Assembly (NCBI GenBank): GCA_005877615.1
Contig: VBOD01000107.1
Location: 1 to 53,464 of the forward strand
Source: Nitrospirota bacterium
Lineage (GTDB): Bacteria; Nitrospirota; Nitrospiria; Nitrospirales; NS-4
Length of the DNA stretch: 53,464 bases
Direction: 5' to 3'
Shown here: in pieces, positions 27,540 to 36,990 of the stretch
How positions within the stretch are numbered: the stretch's first letter is position 1
How the letters are laid out: each line of letters starts with the position of its first letter
Program-made: the position numbers and the translations under genes
Notes under the pieces: generated by a model
What the model was told of the DNA's origin: nothing
Databases searched by the model: none
What the model saw: only the letters and a program-made list of their open reading frames with translations

Positions 27540-29735
27540 TCAGACCAGGAGCAGTCCGGCGGTCCGAGCCTGTTGCCACGGGGCCGACCTGGCCAGCGCA
27601 TCGAAGCCGTGCGGCCCTCCCAGTGGATACGCCTCGCGGACTTCTCTGAGCGAGGGGTATCCTTCGCCTCGCTTCTCCCGTGTGGGCGTCGCGGATCGGA
27701 TGAGGTCCAGCAGCCAGTCTGCCTTCTCAGAAGAGAGTCGCACCTCGACGTCTTCGGTCTGATTGGGGAGGATGACTCGGCTCCGGTCATGCCCGTACGA
27801 TTCATTCACCGGCGCGCCCCCGATCCAGACGAACCGACGTTCTGCCGTTGGATCATCGAGAACGGGCGTCTCTTCCAGCACCCGCACAACCCAATTGCGC
27901 GGCACCTTCGGTCGCGGGACCGGGTGGTCGAACCATTGCCGGACATCGGCCATCAATCCTTCCCCACGCATATAAAAGGAGAGGGCGGCTCTCAATCCGA
28001 CGCCGAGCCACTCTGGCGCTTTCTCCGCGGGATCGTCGTGGGTGAGATCGTTCTCCGCAAAGCCGCCGAACGACGGCCCCGTGATGCGGATGCCGTGGGC
28101 CGTTGGATCCAAACCGATTGGACTGTGAGCGGTCGCCACGAACCGGTGCCAGAATGCCGATTGGATCAGTCCGTGCGCGAACAGTTGCCGCACGCGCTCG
28201 AGGGTCTCCACGGTCTCTACGATGGTTTCGCCCGGGAACCCGTACATGAGATAGGCATGCACCATGATGCCGGCGGTCTGGAACGCCGCCGCCACGCGCG
28301 CGGCCTGGGCGACGGTGATCCCCTTCTTCATGGCGTCAAGGAGCCGATCGGACGCCGCTTCAAGTCCTGCAGTGACGGCGACGCATCCAGACGCGGCGAG
28401 CAGGCGGCAGAGGTCCCGCGTGAAGACCGGCTCGAAGCGGATGTTCCCCCACCACGTGATCGCCACTCCCCGTTCCAATAGACATAACGCCAGGCCCTTG
28501 AGCCCCGCCGGTGGCGCCGCCTCGTCCACGAAGTGGAACCCCCGTCTCCCTGTCTCTGCGATCAGCGCCTCGATGCGGTCGGTCAAGATCTCGCTCGGCG
28601 TGGCCTCGTACCGGCCGATGTAGTCCAGGCCGACATCGCAGAAGGTGCACTGCTTCCAATAGCATCCGTGCGCCACTGTCAGCTTGTTCCAGTGCCCGTC
28701 TGACCACAGACGGTGCATGGGATTCAGCACGTCAAGCACGGAGAGATACCGGTCCAGCGCCAGCCCGGCGTAGGTCGGCGTGCCGATCTCGGCCATGCCG
28801 AATTCGGGATCGCGGGCCCCGTCCCGCCACACGACACGCCCCTCCGACCGCAGGAAGGTCCGTCGCAACTCAGCCTCGTCGCGCTTGCCGGCGAGGTGCT
28901 CCAGGAGACAGAGCAGGGGCCGCTCGCCGTCATCTAGCGTCACGTAGTCCACGTAGTCGAACAGACGCGGCTCTTGGAGACGGCGCAGTTCCGTGTTCAC
29001 GTAACCGCCACCGAGCACGATTCGCACAGCAGGCCGCCGCGCTTTCACAGCCTGGGCGATTCGGAGCGCGCCATAGAGGTTGCCAGGGAACGGGACCGTC
29101 AGCCCGAGAAGGGTCGGAGCGACCCCCTCCACGTGCCCCCAGACGGCGTCCAGCAGCATCTCGTCCGTCAGGCTGGGCGGCTCGGCGAGAGCACGCGCCA
29201 CCGCATCGAATGAGGCGGCCGAGACGCCGACGTGCTCCGCATAGCGGCTCAGCGCGAACTGGGGCGACACGGTTTCATGAATCAGATCGGCCAGGTCCTC
29301 CAGATAGAGCGTGGCGAGATACCGGGCCCGGTCCGTCGCGCCCAGTGTTCCGAAGGCGCCGCTCTGCTCGTCAGCATGGGCAAACCGTGGGCCTTGCGGG
29401 AGGAAGCCCCCCTGACAGATCCGAGGCGCCAGCGTCGGATCCTGTCCTTGGAGAAACCAGATCACGGCGTCAATCGAGTTGAGGTAGGCCTGTTCCAACG
29501 CCAGCATCTGCTCGGCTTCGCCCGGCAGGTCTCCCGGCATGGCACGGACACGGTCGAACACGCGCGACAGACCGTCGCGGGAGAGCAACGCGAGGACCAT
29601 CTCGATCCCGACATCGGCCTGCGTCACGTCAGAGCCATGCCGCTTGAGAAAGCCGGTCAAGTAGGCTGTGGAGGGATAGGGCGTGTTGAGCTGGGTCAGC
29701 GGCGGGATCAGCAGGAGGAGACGCGGGGCGCTCAT
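27540..29735 (-). CDS. B12-binding-domain radical SAM protein
   Basis: PPLTQLNTPYP N-terminus, IVLGGGY, DDGE, GCYWKQCTFC, FVDEAAPP, GLE, YLMYGFP. Confidence 0.88.
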   Translation of the reverse strand: MSAPRLLLLIPPLTQLNTPYPSTAYLTGFLKRHGSDVTQADVGIEMVLALLSRDGLSRVFDRVRAMPGDLPGEAEQMLALEQAYLNSIDAVIWFLQGQDPTLAPRICQGGFLPQGPRFAHADEQSGAFGTLGATDRARYLATLYLEDLADLIHETVSPQFALSRYAEHVGVSAASFDAVARALAEPPSLTDEMLLDAVWGHVEGVAPTLLGLTVPFPGNLYGALRIAQAVKARRPAVRIVLGGGYVNTELRRLQEPRLFDYVDYVTLDDGERPLLCLLEHLAGKRDEAELRRTFLRSEGRVVWRDGARDPEFGMAEIGTPTYAGLALDRYLSVLDVLNPMHRLWSDGHWNKLTVAHGCYWKQCTFCDVGLDYIGRYEATPSEILTDRIEALIAETGRRGFHFVDEAAPPAGLKGLALCLLERGVAITWWGNIRFEPVFTRDLCRLLAASGCVAVTAGLEAASDRLLDAMKKGITVAQAARVAAAFQTAGIMVHAYLMYGFPGETIVETVETLERVRQLFAHGLIQSAFWHRFVATAHSPIGLDPTAHGIRITGPSFGGFAENDLTHDDPAEKAPEWLGVGLRAALSFYMRGEGLMADVRQWFDHPVPRPKVPRNWVVRVLEETPVLDDPTAERRFVWIGGAPVNESYGHDRSRVILPNQTEDVEVRLSSEKADWLLDLIRSATPTREKRGEGYPSLREVREAYPLGGPHGFDALARSAPWQQARTAGLLLV

Positions 29736-30550
29736 GACGCAGTCACCATTACACCCGCCCGCCCCGACTCCGCCAAGACGGAGTCTTTCCCCGTCGCACC
29801 CGCCCGCCCCGACCGCGCCGACACGCGGTCTTTCCCCGGTGTTTCCTGACGGAGGCCGACGGCGGTTAACAACTCGTCGCGTTCCTTAGGCGTGAGGTGC
29901 CGCCATTTCCCGACCGGCAGATCGCCCAGGCGAATGTGCATGATACGGGTACGGACAAGCGTGACGACTCGGTATCCGTGCGCCGAGCACATGCGGCGAA
30001 TCTGGCGGTTGCGCCCTTCCGTCAGCGTGATCCGGAACGTGGTCGCCTCCACCTTCTTCGTCCGGCACGGTCGGGTCTTCTCTCTTAGCACCAGGACCCC
30101 CTTCTCCAGGTGTTTCAGAAAGGACAGCGGGTACGGACGATCCACGGTGACCACGTATTCCCGCTCGTGTCCGAACTCCGCCCGTAGGATGCGGTTGACG
30201 ATGTCGCCGTCGTTGGTGAGCAGGATCAAGCCCGAGGAGTCCTTGTCTAGGCGACCAATGGGGAAGATGCGCTCGGGATAGCCGACGGCGTGCACGATGT
30301 TCCCGGCCACGTGGGATTCCGTGGTGCAGGTCACGCCGACCGGCTTGTGGTACGCCAGGTACGCCAGCGGAGGCCGGCGGGACACCGCATGTCCGTCCAC
30401 GGTCACCACGTCCGCATCAGTTACCTGATCGCCCAAGATCGCCACACGCCCGTTGATCCGGACGCGCCCTTCTTCGATCATCCGATCCGCAGCACGACGG
30501 GAGCAGCACCCTTGTTCGGTGAAGAACTTGTTGATGCGGACCGTGCTCAT
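29732..30550 (-). CDS. 23S rRNA pseudouridine synthase, RluF/RluB (RsuA family)
   Basis: S4 domain RINKF...SRRAAD, GRLDKDSSGL, LTEGRNRQIRRM. Confidence 0.9.
   Translation of the reverse strand: MSTVRINKFFTEQGCCSRRAADRMIEEGRVRINGRVAILGDQVTDADVVTVDGHAVSRRPPLAYLAYHKPVGVTCTTESHVAGNIVHAVGYPERIFPIGRLDKDSSGLILLTNDGDIVNRILRAEFGHEREYVVTVDRPYPLSFLKHLEKGVLVLREKTRPCRTKKVEATTFRITLTEGRNRQIRRMCSAHGYRVVTLVRTRIMHIRLGDLPVGKWRHLTPKERDELLTAVGLRQETPGKDRVSARSGRAGATGKDSVLAESGRAGVMVTAS
29752..29838. repeat. Tandem pair of a 42-nt hairpin repeat (period 45) inside the pseudouridine synthase 3' end
   Basis: cacccgcccgcccc-gactccg-ccaaga-cggagtc-tttccccg and cacccgcccgcccc-gaccgcg-ccgaca-cgcggtc-tttccccg. Confidence 0.85.
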
Positions 30551-30641
30551 GTGCAGACGACCCGTGCCAGGAAGCCATCTCCAGAAGAGAGCATAGGCTC
30601 AGCAGTGTAAGCCGAACGGGAGGAGATTTCAAACCGTGAGG

Positions 30642-30971
30642 CTAGGTGAAAAGGAGTTCGCTGAACTCGGACATGAACCCGTAGTACAGCGGCGCGAAGT
30701 GCGTCAGACCGTCGGGGCTCGTCTCCTTTAACCTCTTGAAAAAGAATACTTGTTGCCGCGGGTCCACCTGCTCGAGCAGCTTGCCGAGGTTGGCAATCGA
30801 GTAGCTGCCAGCCGGGACGCTCAGGACGTAGTGGACGAGGCGCTCGACGAACTGCTCGGCGACATACGGACTCGTGATCAAGCCGTCGGGGATTTTGCCC
30901 GTCGCCAGCATCTCCTGAAACGGCACCGCCTGGGCTGCGAACGGGACGGTCGCAGGCTGGGAGTTCGACAT
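30642..30971 (-). CDS. Hypothetical protein (109 aa)
   Basis: GAGG SD, typical codon usage, TTGACT...TAGAGT upstream. Confidence 0.78.
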   Translation of the reverse strand: MSNSQPATVPFAAQAVPFQEMLATGKIPDGLITSPYVAEQFVERLVHYVLSVPAGSYSIANLGKLLEQVDPRQQVFFFKRLKETSPDGLTHFAPLYYGFMSEFSELLFT

Positions 30972-31144
30972 TGCCACCTCTACATCAACGAAAAAGCAAA
31001 ACTGCGGCCACTCTACAAAAGGGTCGGACCAGAGTCAAGGACGGTGGGGTCTGTCCAGCGGCGACTTTCTGGATTTCGCTGTGGCAATCCTTCCGATGCT
31101 TGTGTAGAATGCCGTCGCTTTGTGCTCATTCAAGGGAGCGCTGT

Positions 31145-32110
31145 ATGACAGTCCGCGTGCCCGCTCAGTGGTTGTTTAGGCTCGTTCTCATCGGCGCCGG
31201 GCTGGTGGGTCTGCAGGCGCCGCCAGCTGCCGCGGCGCCCGTCTTCGCCGACAACGTTGTGGTAATCATGGTGGACGGGTTGCGGCCCGACGCGCTCAAG
31301 CACGCCAAGGTGCCGACCTTGGATGGGCTGATCAAGCGAGGAGCCTCCACCATGAAGGCGCGGACCGTCGAGCCCAGCCTCACGCTGCCGGCCTTCGCAT
31401 CGATGATGAGCGGCCTGCCCGTCGACCAGCACGGGGTGGACTGGAACGAGTACGATCCCCCGCGCGGCTTTATCAAGTCCCCGACCCTGTTTGAGATCGC
31501 CTCGTTCAACGGCAGCAAGTGGGGCGCGGCGTTCCTCAATAAGGAGAAGCTGCTGCACGTGATCAAACAAGATCGCCGGCTACTGTTGAACGTGTGCAGC
31601 AGCAACGAGCCGGGCTGCAACGCCAAGAAGATCACCGGCGACGTGATCGCATCGTACAAGACCGCGACCGAAGGCAAGCCCGCCCTGTTCGTCGTTCAGC
31701 TGGCCGACGCCGATACGGCCGGCCACGACCAGGGCTGGATGAGCAAGCCCTATCTGAAGGCGGTGGAGGAAGTCGATCGGGCGATCGGGACCCTGATCAA
31801 GGGATTTAAGGACCTGGGACTCTACGACCGGACCACGTTTATCGTCACCACCGACCACGGGGGCCATGCCACGACCCATGGCACCACGATGGCCGAAGAC
31901 ATGACCATCCCCTGGATCGCGGCAGGGCCAGGGATCAAGGCCGGGTATGCGATCAAGCAGCCGGTCTCGCTGATCGACACCGCCGCGACCGTCATGCGCG
32001 CGTTCGGCATCACCGACTACTATGTGGAATGGAAGAGCCGACCGATCGAGGAGATCTTCGTGGACAGGGCGGGGGCGACAGCGCCCTCAGGAGCCGAGAA
32101 GCCTAGTTGA
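31145..32110 (+). CDS. Exported alkaline phosphatase superfamily / nucleotide pyrophosphatase-phosphodiesterase
   Basis: VDGLRPD, PSLTLP (Thr nucleophile), D.AGH..G, TTDHGG; signal peptide. Confidence 0.88.
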   Translation: MTVRVPAQWLFRLVLIGAGLVGLQAPPAAAAPVFADNVVVIMVDGLRPDALKHAKVPTLDGLIKRGASTMKARTVEPSLTLPAFASMMSGLPVDQHGVDWNEYDPPRGFIKSPTLFEIASFNGSKWGAAFLNKEKLLHVIKQDRRLLLNVCSSNEPGCNAKKITGDVIASYKTATEGKPALFVVQLADADTAGHDQGWMSKPYLKAVEEVDRAIGTLIKGFKDLGLYDRTTFIVTTDHGGHATTHGTTMAEDMTIPWIAAGPGIKAGYAIKQPVSLIDTAATVMRAFGITDYYVEWKSRPIEEIFVDRAGATAPSGAEKPS

Positions 32111-33035
32111 TGATGTACTTGATCGGGTCGGCGGCGGCGCCGTGGACCTCGATTTCGTAATGGAGGTGGGGACCGGTCGAGAGGCCCGAGTTCCCGACCT
32201 CTCCGATGATGTCTCCCCGCTTCACGGTCTGGCCCGTCCTCACCCTCACCTTGGACAGGTGCCCGTAAAGCGTCTTGAAGCCGTAGCCGTGAGACAACAC
32301 GACCACGTGCCCCAGGCTCTTCTCAGGTCCGGCCGCGATGACGAACCCGGCCGCCGGCGCTTTGACCGGCGTGCTCATCGGCGCGGAAATATCCAACCCG
32401 CTGTGCATCGTGTCTTCTCCCGTAAAAGGAGACACGCGGCGCCCGAACCCTGAAGAGACCCAGCCACGGACCGGCCAGATCGAAGGCGTGGACGCCCACT
32501 GCGCACGCCGCTGACCGACGATTCCGGTCAGTTCATGCAGGTACCGCTCTTGGATGACCGCTTCCTCCTTGAGCCACGTCAGCTTCTGCTGCAATGGCAC
32601 CACGACCTCCGACAGCGATTCGCCCTCGCCTCCCATACCGCCCGCGGAGTGGGGAACCACTCGGGACTCCTCCTTACCGCCCAATCCAAGAGGAGACGGC
32701 GGGATTTTGGGCGGGTCCAAGCCCAGCATGACGCGCAGCCGGACATTCACTTCCCGCATGTTGGACAGTTGCTTGCGCAGATCTTCCATTGCCGAGGAGA
32801 GGGCGGTGGCCTGATGGCGATGCTGGCTTGCCTCGGACCGCAAGGTCTCGAGTTCCCAGATCTCCCCACTACGGGTGACGTACTGGACGAGGAAGAGAGC
32901 TTCCAGGACAACCGCGACCACGGTCGCGAGCAGCAGCACACGGACGGTGCGCCGCCTGATGCTGAACCGGCGCGGACGCGAGGTCGCGCTCGGGAAGACG
33001 ACGATATGGAATTCCTGGTCCGCCCTCTTACTCAA
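32103..33035 (-). CDS. M23 peptidase with N-terminal TM and coiled coil; start uncertain (TTG 33035 or 33089)
   Basis: TPSIWPV.GW.SSGFG.R, HSGLD, YGHL, STGPHLHYE. Confidence 0.92.
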   Translation of the reverse strand: MSKRADQEFHIVVFPSATSRPRRFSIRRRTVRVLLLATVVAVVLEALFLVQYVTRSGEIWELETLRSEASQHRHQATALSSAMEDLRKQLSNMREVNVRLRVMLGLDPPKIPPSPLGLGGKEESRVVPHSAGGMGGEGESLSEVVVPLQQKLTWLKEEAVIQERYLHELTGIVGQRRAQWASTPSIWPVRGWVSSGFGRRVSPFTGEDTMHSGLDISAPMSTPVKAPAAGFVIAAGPEKSLGHVVVLSHGYGFKTLYGHLSKVRVRTGQTVKRGDIIGEVGNSGLSTGPHLHYEIEVHGAAADPIKYIIN

Positions 33036-33185
33036 TCTAGGTTGCCTCTCTAGGAAATCCCGCCACTCCTGCAAGATAAGTAGGGGCAAAGGACTACCAC
33101 AACGACCGGCCCGATGTCAATAAGAGCGGCTCCGCTGTCATGCAAAGCGTGTGGTTGTCAAGCGAAATCGCGTGTCTGGCTAGGC

Positions 33186-33530
33186 TCAGGTGGATTCGGC
33201 CACCCACCGGAGGTAATCGGAAGACCCCACAAGGATTGGGAGGGCGATGATCTCCGGGACGCTATAACTATGGAGCTGCGTGACGACGGTCGCGAGTTCT
33301 CGAAACCGCGCGCGCCGAGTTTTCGCCACCAGGAGGAGTTCGTCTTCCTCGGAGAACTTACCCTGCCAGATGAAGAACGATCGTACCTGGGACACAATGT
33401 TCACACACGCTGCAAGCCGGTCCTCGACCAGGCGCCTAGCGATGCGTTCCGCTTCCTCGCGCGAGGCCACCGTGATCAGGACCACGAGGGCGTCCTCCCC
33501 TTCGACGGCCTTCATCTGTTTTCCCCCCAT
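33186..33530 (-). CDS. cutA: Divalent-cation tolerance protein CutA
   Basis: LVEDRLAACVNI, HSYSVPEIIALP. Confidence 0.92.
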   Translation of the reverse strand: MGGKQMKAVEGEDALVVLITVASREEAERIARRLVEDRLAACVNIVSQVRSFFIWQGKFSEEDELLLVAKTRRARFRELATVVTQLHSYSVPEIIALPILVGSSDYLRWVAEST

Positions 33531-33598
33531 CGTCTCACCTCGCTTTCACGCCTGTGCAGCCGCATCCCGAGAACCCACGCCTTTGCGTACTGCGTCGG

Positions 33599-33628
33599 TT
33601 GACAGCACGAAGAGGCTGCGCTTACTAT
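33599..33628 (+). promoter_or_regulatory. sigma70 promoter for the rhodanese gene
   Basis: TTGACA-18-TACTAT, followed by GGAGG. Confidence 0.55.
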
Positions 33629-33654
33629 CCTTCTGCAAGAGGAGGGTCCGCGCC

Positions 33655-33975
33655 ATGGGTTTCACCATCACGGTCCAGGAGTTGAAAGAAAAACTCGATC
33701 GGGGAGAAAAGTTCGTCCTGATCGATGTCCGGGAACCTTGGGAATACAACATCTGCAAAATCCCGGGCGCTCAGCTCATTCCGCTCGGCACGCTGGCTAC
33801 CGAGTACAAGAAGCTCGATCCGAGCGCCGAAATCGTCCTGCACTGCCACATGGGAATGCGCAGCATGGACGCGACCCAATTCCTCCAGCAGCAAGGGTTC
33901 AAGAACGTGAAGAACCTCACCGGCGGTATCAACGCCTGGTCCCTGCAAATCGACCCGTCCGTGCCGAGATATTAG
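33655..33975 (+). CDS. Rhodanese-like protein (MoeZ C-terminal type)
   Basis: IDVREPWE, HCHMGMRS, NLTGGINAWS..IDPSVPRY. Confidence 0.92.
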   Translation: MGFTITVQELKEKLDRGEKFVLIDVREPWEYNICKIPGAQLIPLGTLATEYKKLDPSAEIVLHCHMGMRSMDATQFLQQQGFKNVKNLTGGINAWSLQIDPSVPRY

Positions 33976-33985
33976 AAGATAGCCA

Positions 33986-34921
33986 TCACGCCGACTTGAC
34001 TGTTTTCCTGTAATACTCCACGGTCCTCTCGAGGCCGTCCTTCAGCGAGACTCTCGGCTCCCAATCCAACTCCTGGGTGAGCCGGGATGCGTCCAGCGCG
34101 ATCCTCATCTGCTCGCCTCGCTTTTCCGGCCCGTGGATCTCGTGGACGGAGGGATTGATCAGGCCCGCCAGCATCGCGAACAGCTCGTTGATGGTCGTTT
34201 CCTTCCCCGTCCCCACGTTGTAGATCCCGTGGGCGGCCTTGTTCATGGCGGCCATGTTGGCCTCGACCACGTCGTCCACGTAAATGAAATCGCGCGTCTG
34301 CCGGCCGTTGCCGTTGATGATCGGCTGCTCGCCGAGCAGCATCTTCTGCGCGAAGATGCCCACGACCCCCGCCTCGCCGTGTGGGTCCTGGCGAGGCCCG
34401 TAGACGTTGCCGTACCTCAGGCTCGCGTACTCCAGACCGTCGGCGTCGCGGAAGTACCGCAGGTATTCGTCCCCCATCGCCTTGCTGATGCCGTAGGGGG
34501 AGGCCGGACGAGTCGGGTGGGACTCCGACACCGGCAACGACTCCGGCTCCCCGTACACTGCCCCGCCGGAGGAGGCGAAGATCATCTTGCGCACGCCGTA
34601 CTTGATCGCCTGCCGCAGGACGTTGAGCATTCCCAAAATGTTGACGTCGGCGTCGAACCTCGGGTCCAGCACGGACCGACGCACGTCCATCTGCGCCGCG
34701 TGGTGCGACACGACTGCTGGACGTTCCCGGCGGAAGACCCGCTCCAGCCACCACCCTCGAATGTCGCACCGGTAGAACCTGGCGGCGCGGTTGACATGCC
34801 GCCGCTTGCCCGTGGACAGGTTGTCGACGACCACAACTTCATAGCCCTCTTGGACGAGCCGGTCCACGACGTGCGACCCGATGAAGCCAGCCCCGCCCGT
34901 GATCAGAACCTTCATCTTCAC
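33986..34921 (-). CDS. NAD-dependent epimerase/dehydratase (UDP-glucose 4-epimerase-like)
   Basis: TGGAGFIGS, ASSGGAVYG, YGISK, RYGNVYGPRQ; AGGAGG before GTG 34921. Confidence 0.92.
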   Translation of the reverse strand: MKMKVLITGGAGFIGSHVVDRLVQEGYEVVVVDNLSTGKRRHVNRAARFYRCDIRGWWLERVFRRERPAVVSHHAAQMDVRRSVLDPRFDADVNILGMLNVLRQAIKYGVRKMIFASSGGAVYGEPESLPVSESHPTRPASPYGISKAMGDEYLRYFRDADGLEYASLRYGNVYGPRQDPHGEAGVVGIFAQKMLLGEQPIINGNGRQTRDFIYVDDVVEANMAAMNKAAHGIYNVGTGKETTINELFAMLAGLINPSVHEIHGPEKRGEQMRIALDASRLTQELDWEPRVSLKDGLERTVEYYRKTVKSA

Positions 34922-35901
34922 GAAACCACACCTCCTGACCCGGCGGCCGACCGGTACCACCGGACGAAGGCGGGGATGCCCTCCTTGATCGTCGTGCGCG
35001 GGGCGTAGCCCAGGAGGCTGATGGCCTTCCCGATGTCGGCGAAGGTGACCGGCACGTCGCCCGCCTGCAGGGGCCGCCACTCGATGCGGGCCGGCTTGCC
35101 AACGGCTTCTTCGATTAGCCGGATGACCTCCTGCAGCTCAACAACGTGGGAGACGCCCAGGTTCACCACTTCGAACGCGTGCGGGCGGTCCAGCGCGGCC
35201 AGGATCCCTGCGACTGCGTCGTCCACATAGGTGAAGTCCCGGCGCGCCGACCCGTCTCCGAAGACCGGCACAGGGCTGCCTTCCTCCACGAGTCGGACGA
35301 AATGATGGATCGCCATCTCTGGCCGCTGCCGCGGACCATAGACCGTGAACAGACGTACGCAGGTGATCGGGATCCCGTACAGGGCGGCATAGGTCCGGCA
35401 CAGGTGCTCCCCCGCAAGCTTGGTGGCGGCGTACGGCGAGATGGGCTTCAGCTCGCTTTCCGACTCGCGGAACGGAATCCGTTCGCAGGCCCCATAGACC
35501 GACGACGACGACGCGAAGATGAAGTTCTGGATCCCCTTGTCCTTGCAGACTTCCAGAAGTTGCAGGGTCCCGCGGACATTGACCTCTTCGTAGAGCAATG
35601 GCATGTGCAGGGACGGGCGCACACCCGCGCGGGCAGCCGCATGGAAGACTCGGCTGATCGGGCGACTGGCAAACACCCGCGCCAGGGCCCCGGGGTCCCG
35701 GATGTCCCCTTCGATGAGGGTGAACCGGTCGGAGCGGCGCGCCTCGGACAGGTTCCGGCGCTTGACCGCCGGATCGTAGTAATCATCAAAGTTGTCCAGG
35801 CACACCACGGCGTGGCCACGGGCTAACAACGCATCAACAGCGTGCGACCCGATGAATCCGGCGCCGCCCGTGACCAACACCGCCCCGTCGCCGTCCTTCA
35901 C
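34918..35901 (-). CDS. NAD-dependent epimerase (UDP-glucuronate 4-epimerase-like)
   Basis: TGGAGFIGS, AARAGVRPS, ASSSSVYG, YAATK, FTVYGPRQRP.MA. Confidence 0.92.
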   Translation of the reverse strand: MKDGDGAVLVTGGAGFIGSHAVDALLARGHAVVCLDNFDDYYDPAVKRRNLSEARRSDRFTLIEGDIRDPGALARVFASRPISRVFHAAARAGVRPSLHMPLLYEEVNVRGTLQLLEVCKDKGIQNFIFASSSSVYGACERIPFRESESELKPISPYAATKLAGEHLCRTYAALYGIPITCVRLFTVYGPRQRPEMAIHHFVRLVEEGSPVPVFGDGSARRDFTYVDDAVAGILAALDRPHAFEVVNLGVSHVVELQEVIRLIEEAVGKPARIEWRPLQAGDVPVTFADIGKAISLLGYAPRTTIKEGIPAFVRWYRSAAGSGGVVS

Positions 35902-35946
35902 GTGTGTAGCCCGTCCCTTCCCGCAATCGTTGCGCGCATCCAGCGA

Positions 35947-36681
35947 TCAGACGCCAGGCCGTAGCCAGACCACGTACTCGACGTTTCCCTTCTGACCGGC
36001 GATCGGCGAGCGCACCTCGCCCTTCCATTTCCACTGCTGCGCTTCCACAGCCGTGCGGACCTTCCGGACGGCCTCCTGCCGCAGACTCTCATCACGGACG
36101 ATGCCGCCCTTTCCGACCTTGCCCTTGCCGAGTTCGAACTGTGGTTTGACCAAGGCCACCACCTGGCCCTCTTCTTTGAGACACCGACGCACGGCCGGGA
36201 GGATGAGCGCGAGCGAGATGAAGGAAACGTCAATGGTGGCCAGGTCAATGGGCTCAGGCACCCGTGAGCGGTCCAGGTAGCGCGCGTTGCACCGTTCGAC
36301 CACGACCACCCGGGGGTCTTGCCGGAGGCGCCAGGCCAGTTGGCCGTAGCCGACATCCACCGCATAGACGCGCGCGGCGCCGCGCTGCAAGAGACAGTCC
36401 GTGAACCCACCCGTCGAGGCGCCGACATCCAAGGCGACCAGGCCCTCCGGATTGATGCCGAACGCGTCCAGGCCCGCTGCCAGCTTGAGCCCGCCACGCC
36501 CCACGTACGGGTGCTCCGGCTCGGTGATCTCGATCGGGGCGCCAGCAGGAATGGGTTGGGAGGCCCGGCTGGCAACTCGGCCGGCCACGGTGACGACGCC
36601 GGCCAGGATGAGACTCTGGGCTCGCGCTCGGCTCTCCACGAGCCTGCGGCGGACCATGGCCAGATCCAACCGCTCCGCCAC
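35947..36681 (-). CDS. tlyA: TlyA-family rRNA 2'-O-methyltransferase
   Basis: RLD...SR..AQ, YVGRGGLKL, DVGASTGGFTD, DVSFISL, LVKPQFE, GNVEY. Confidence 0.95.
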   Translation of the reverse strand: MAERLDLAMVRRRLVESRARAQSLILAGVVTVAGRVASRASQPIPAGAPIEITEPEHPYVGRGGLKLAAGLDAFGINPEGLVALDVGASTGGFTDCLLQRGAARVYAVDVGYGQLAWRLRQDPRVVVVERCNARYLDRSRVPEPIDLATIDVSFISLALILPAVRRCLKEEGQVVALVKPQFELGKGKVGKGGIVRDESLRQEAVRKVRTAVEAQQWKWKGEVRSPIAGQKGNVEYVVWLRPGV

Positions 36682-36700
36682 GACGGAGTCTTTTCCCGGG

Positions 36701-36967
36701 TCAGTCTTCGACGCCGCTGTTGTCCTGGCCAGCTTCAGAGAACTCCTCAAGGTCAAACGTTCGGGTACGCTTCTTGCCGTCCTTATCCTTGACGAGGACC
36801 TCCACCTTGCGCTCGGCTTCCTCAAGCATTTTGAGACAGACCTTGGAGAGCTTGATGCCCTCCTCGAAGATCCGCATGGAGTCTTCAAGCGGCAATTCGC
36901 CGCGCTCCAGTTCGGCGACGATCGCTTCCAACCGGGCCAGCGCTTCTTCGAATTTGACCGTGGCCAC
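36701..36967 (-). CDS. xseB: Exodeoxyribonuclease VII small subunit
   Basis: FEEALARLEAIV..LE.GELPLE.S...FEEG. Confidence 0.96.
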   Translation of the reverse strand: MATVKFEEALARLEAIVAELERGELPLEDSMRIFEEGIKLSKVCLKMLEEAERKVEVLVKDKDGKKRTRTFDLEEFSEAGQDNSGVED

Positions 36968-36990
36968 TCTTCCGCTCCTTCAACCGCGCA

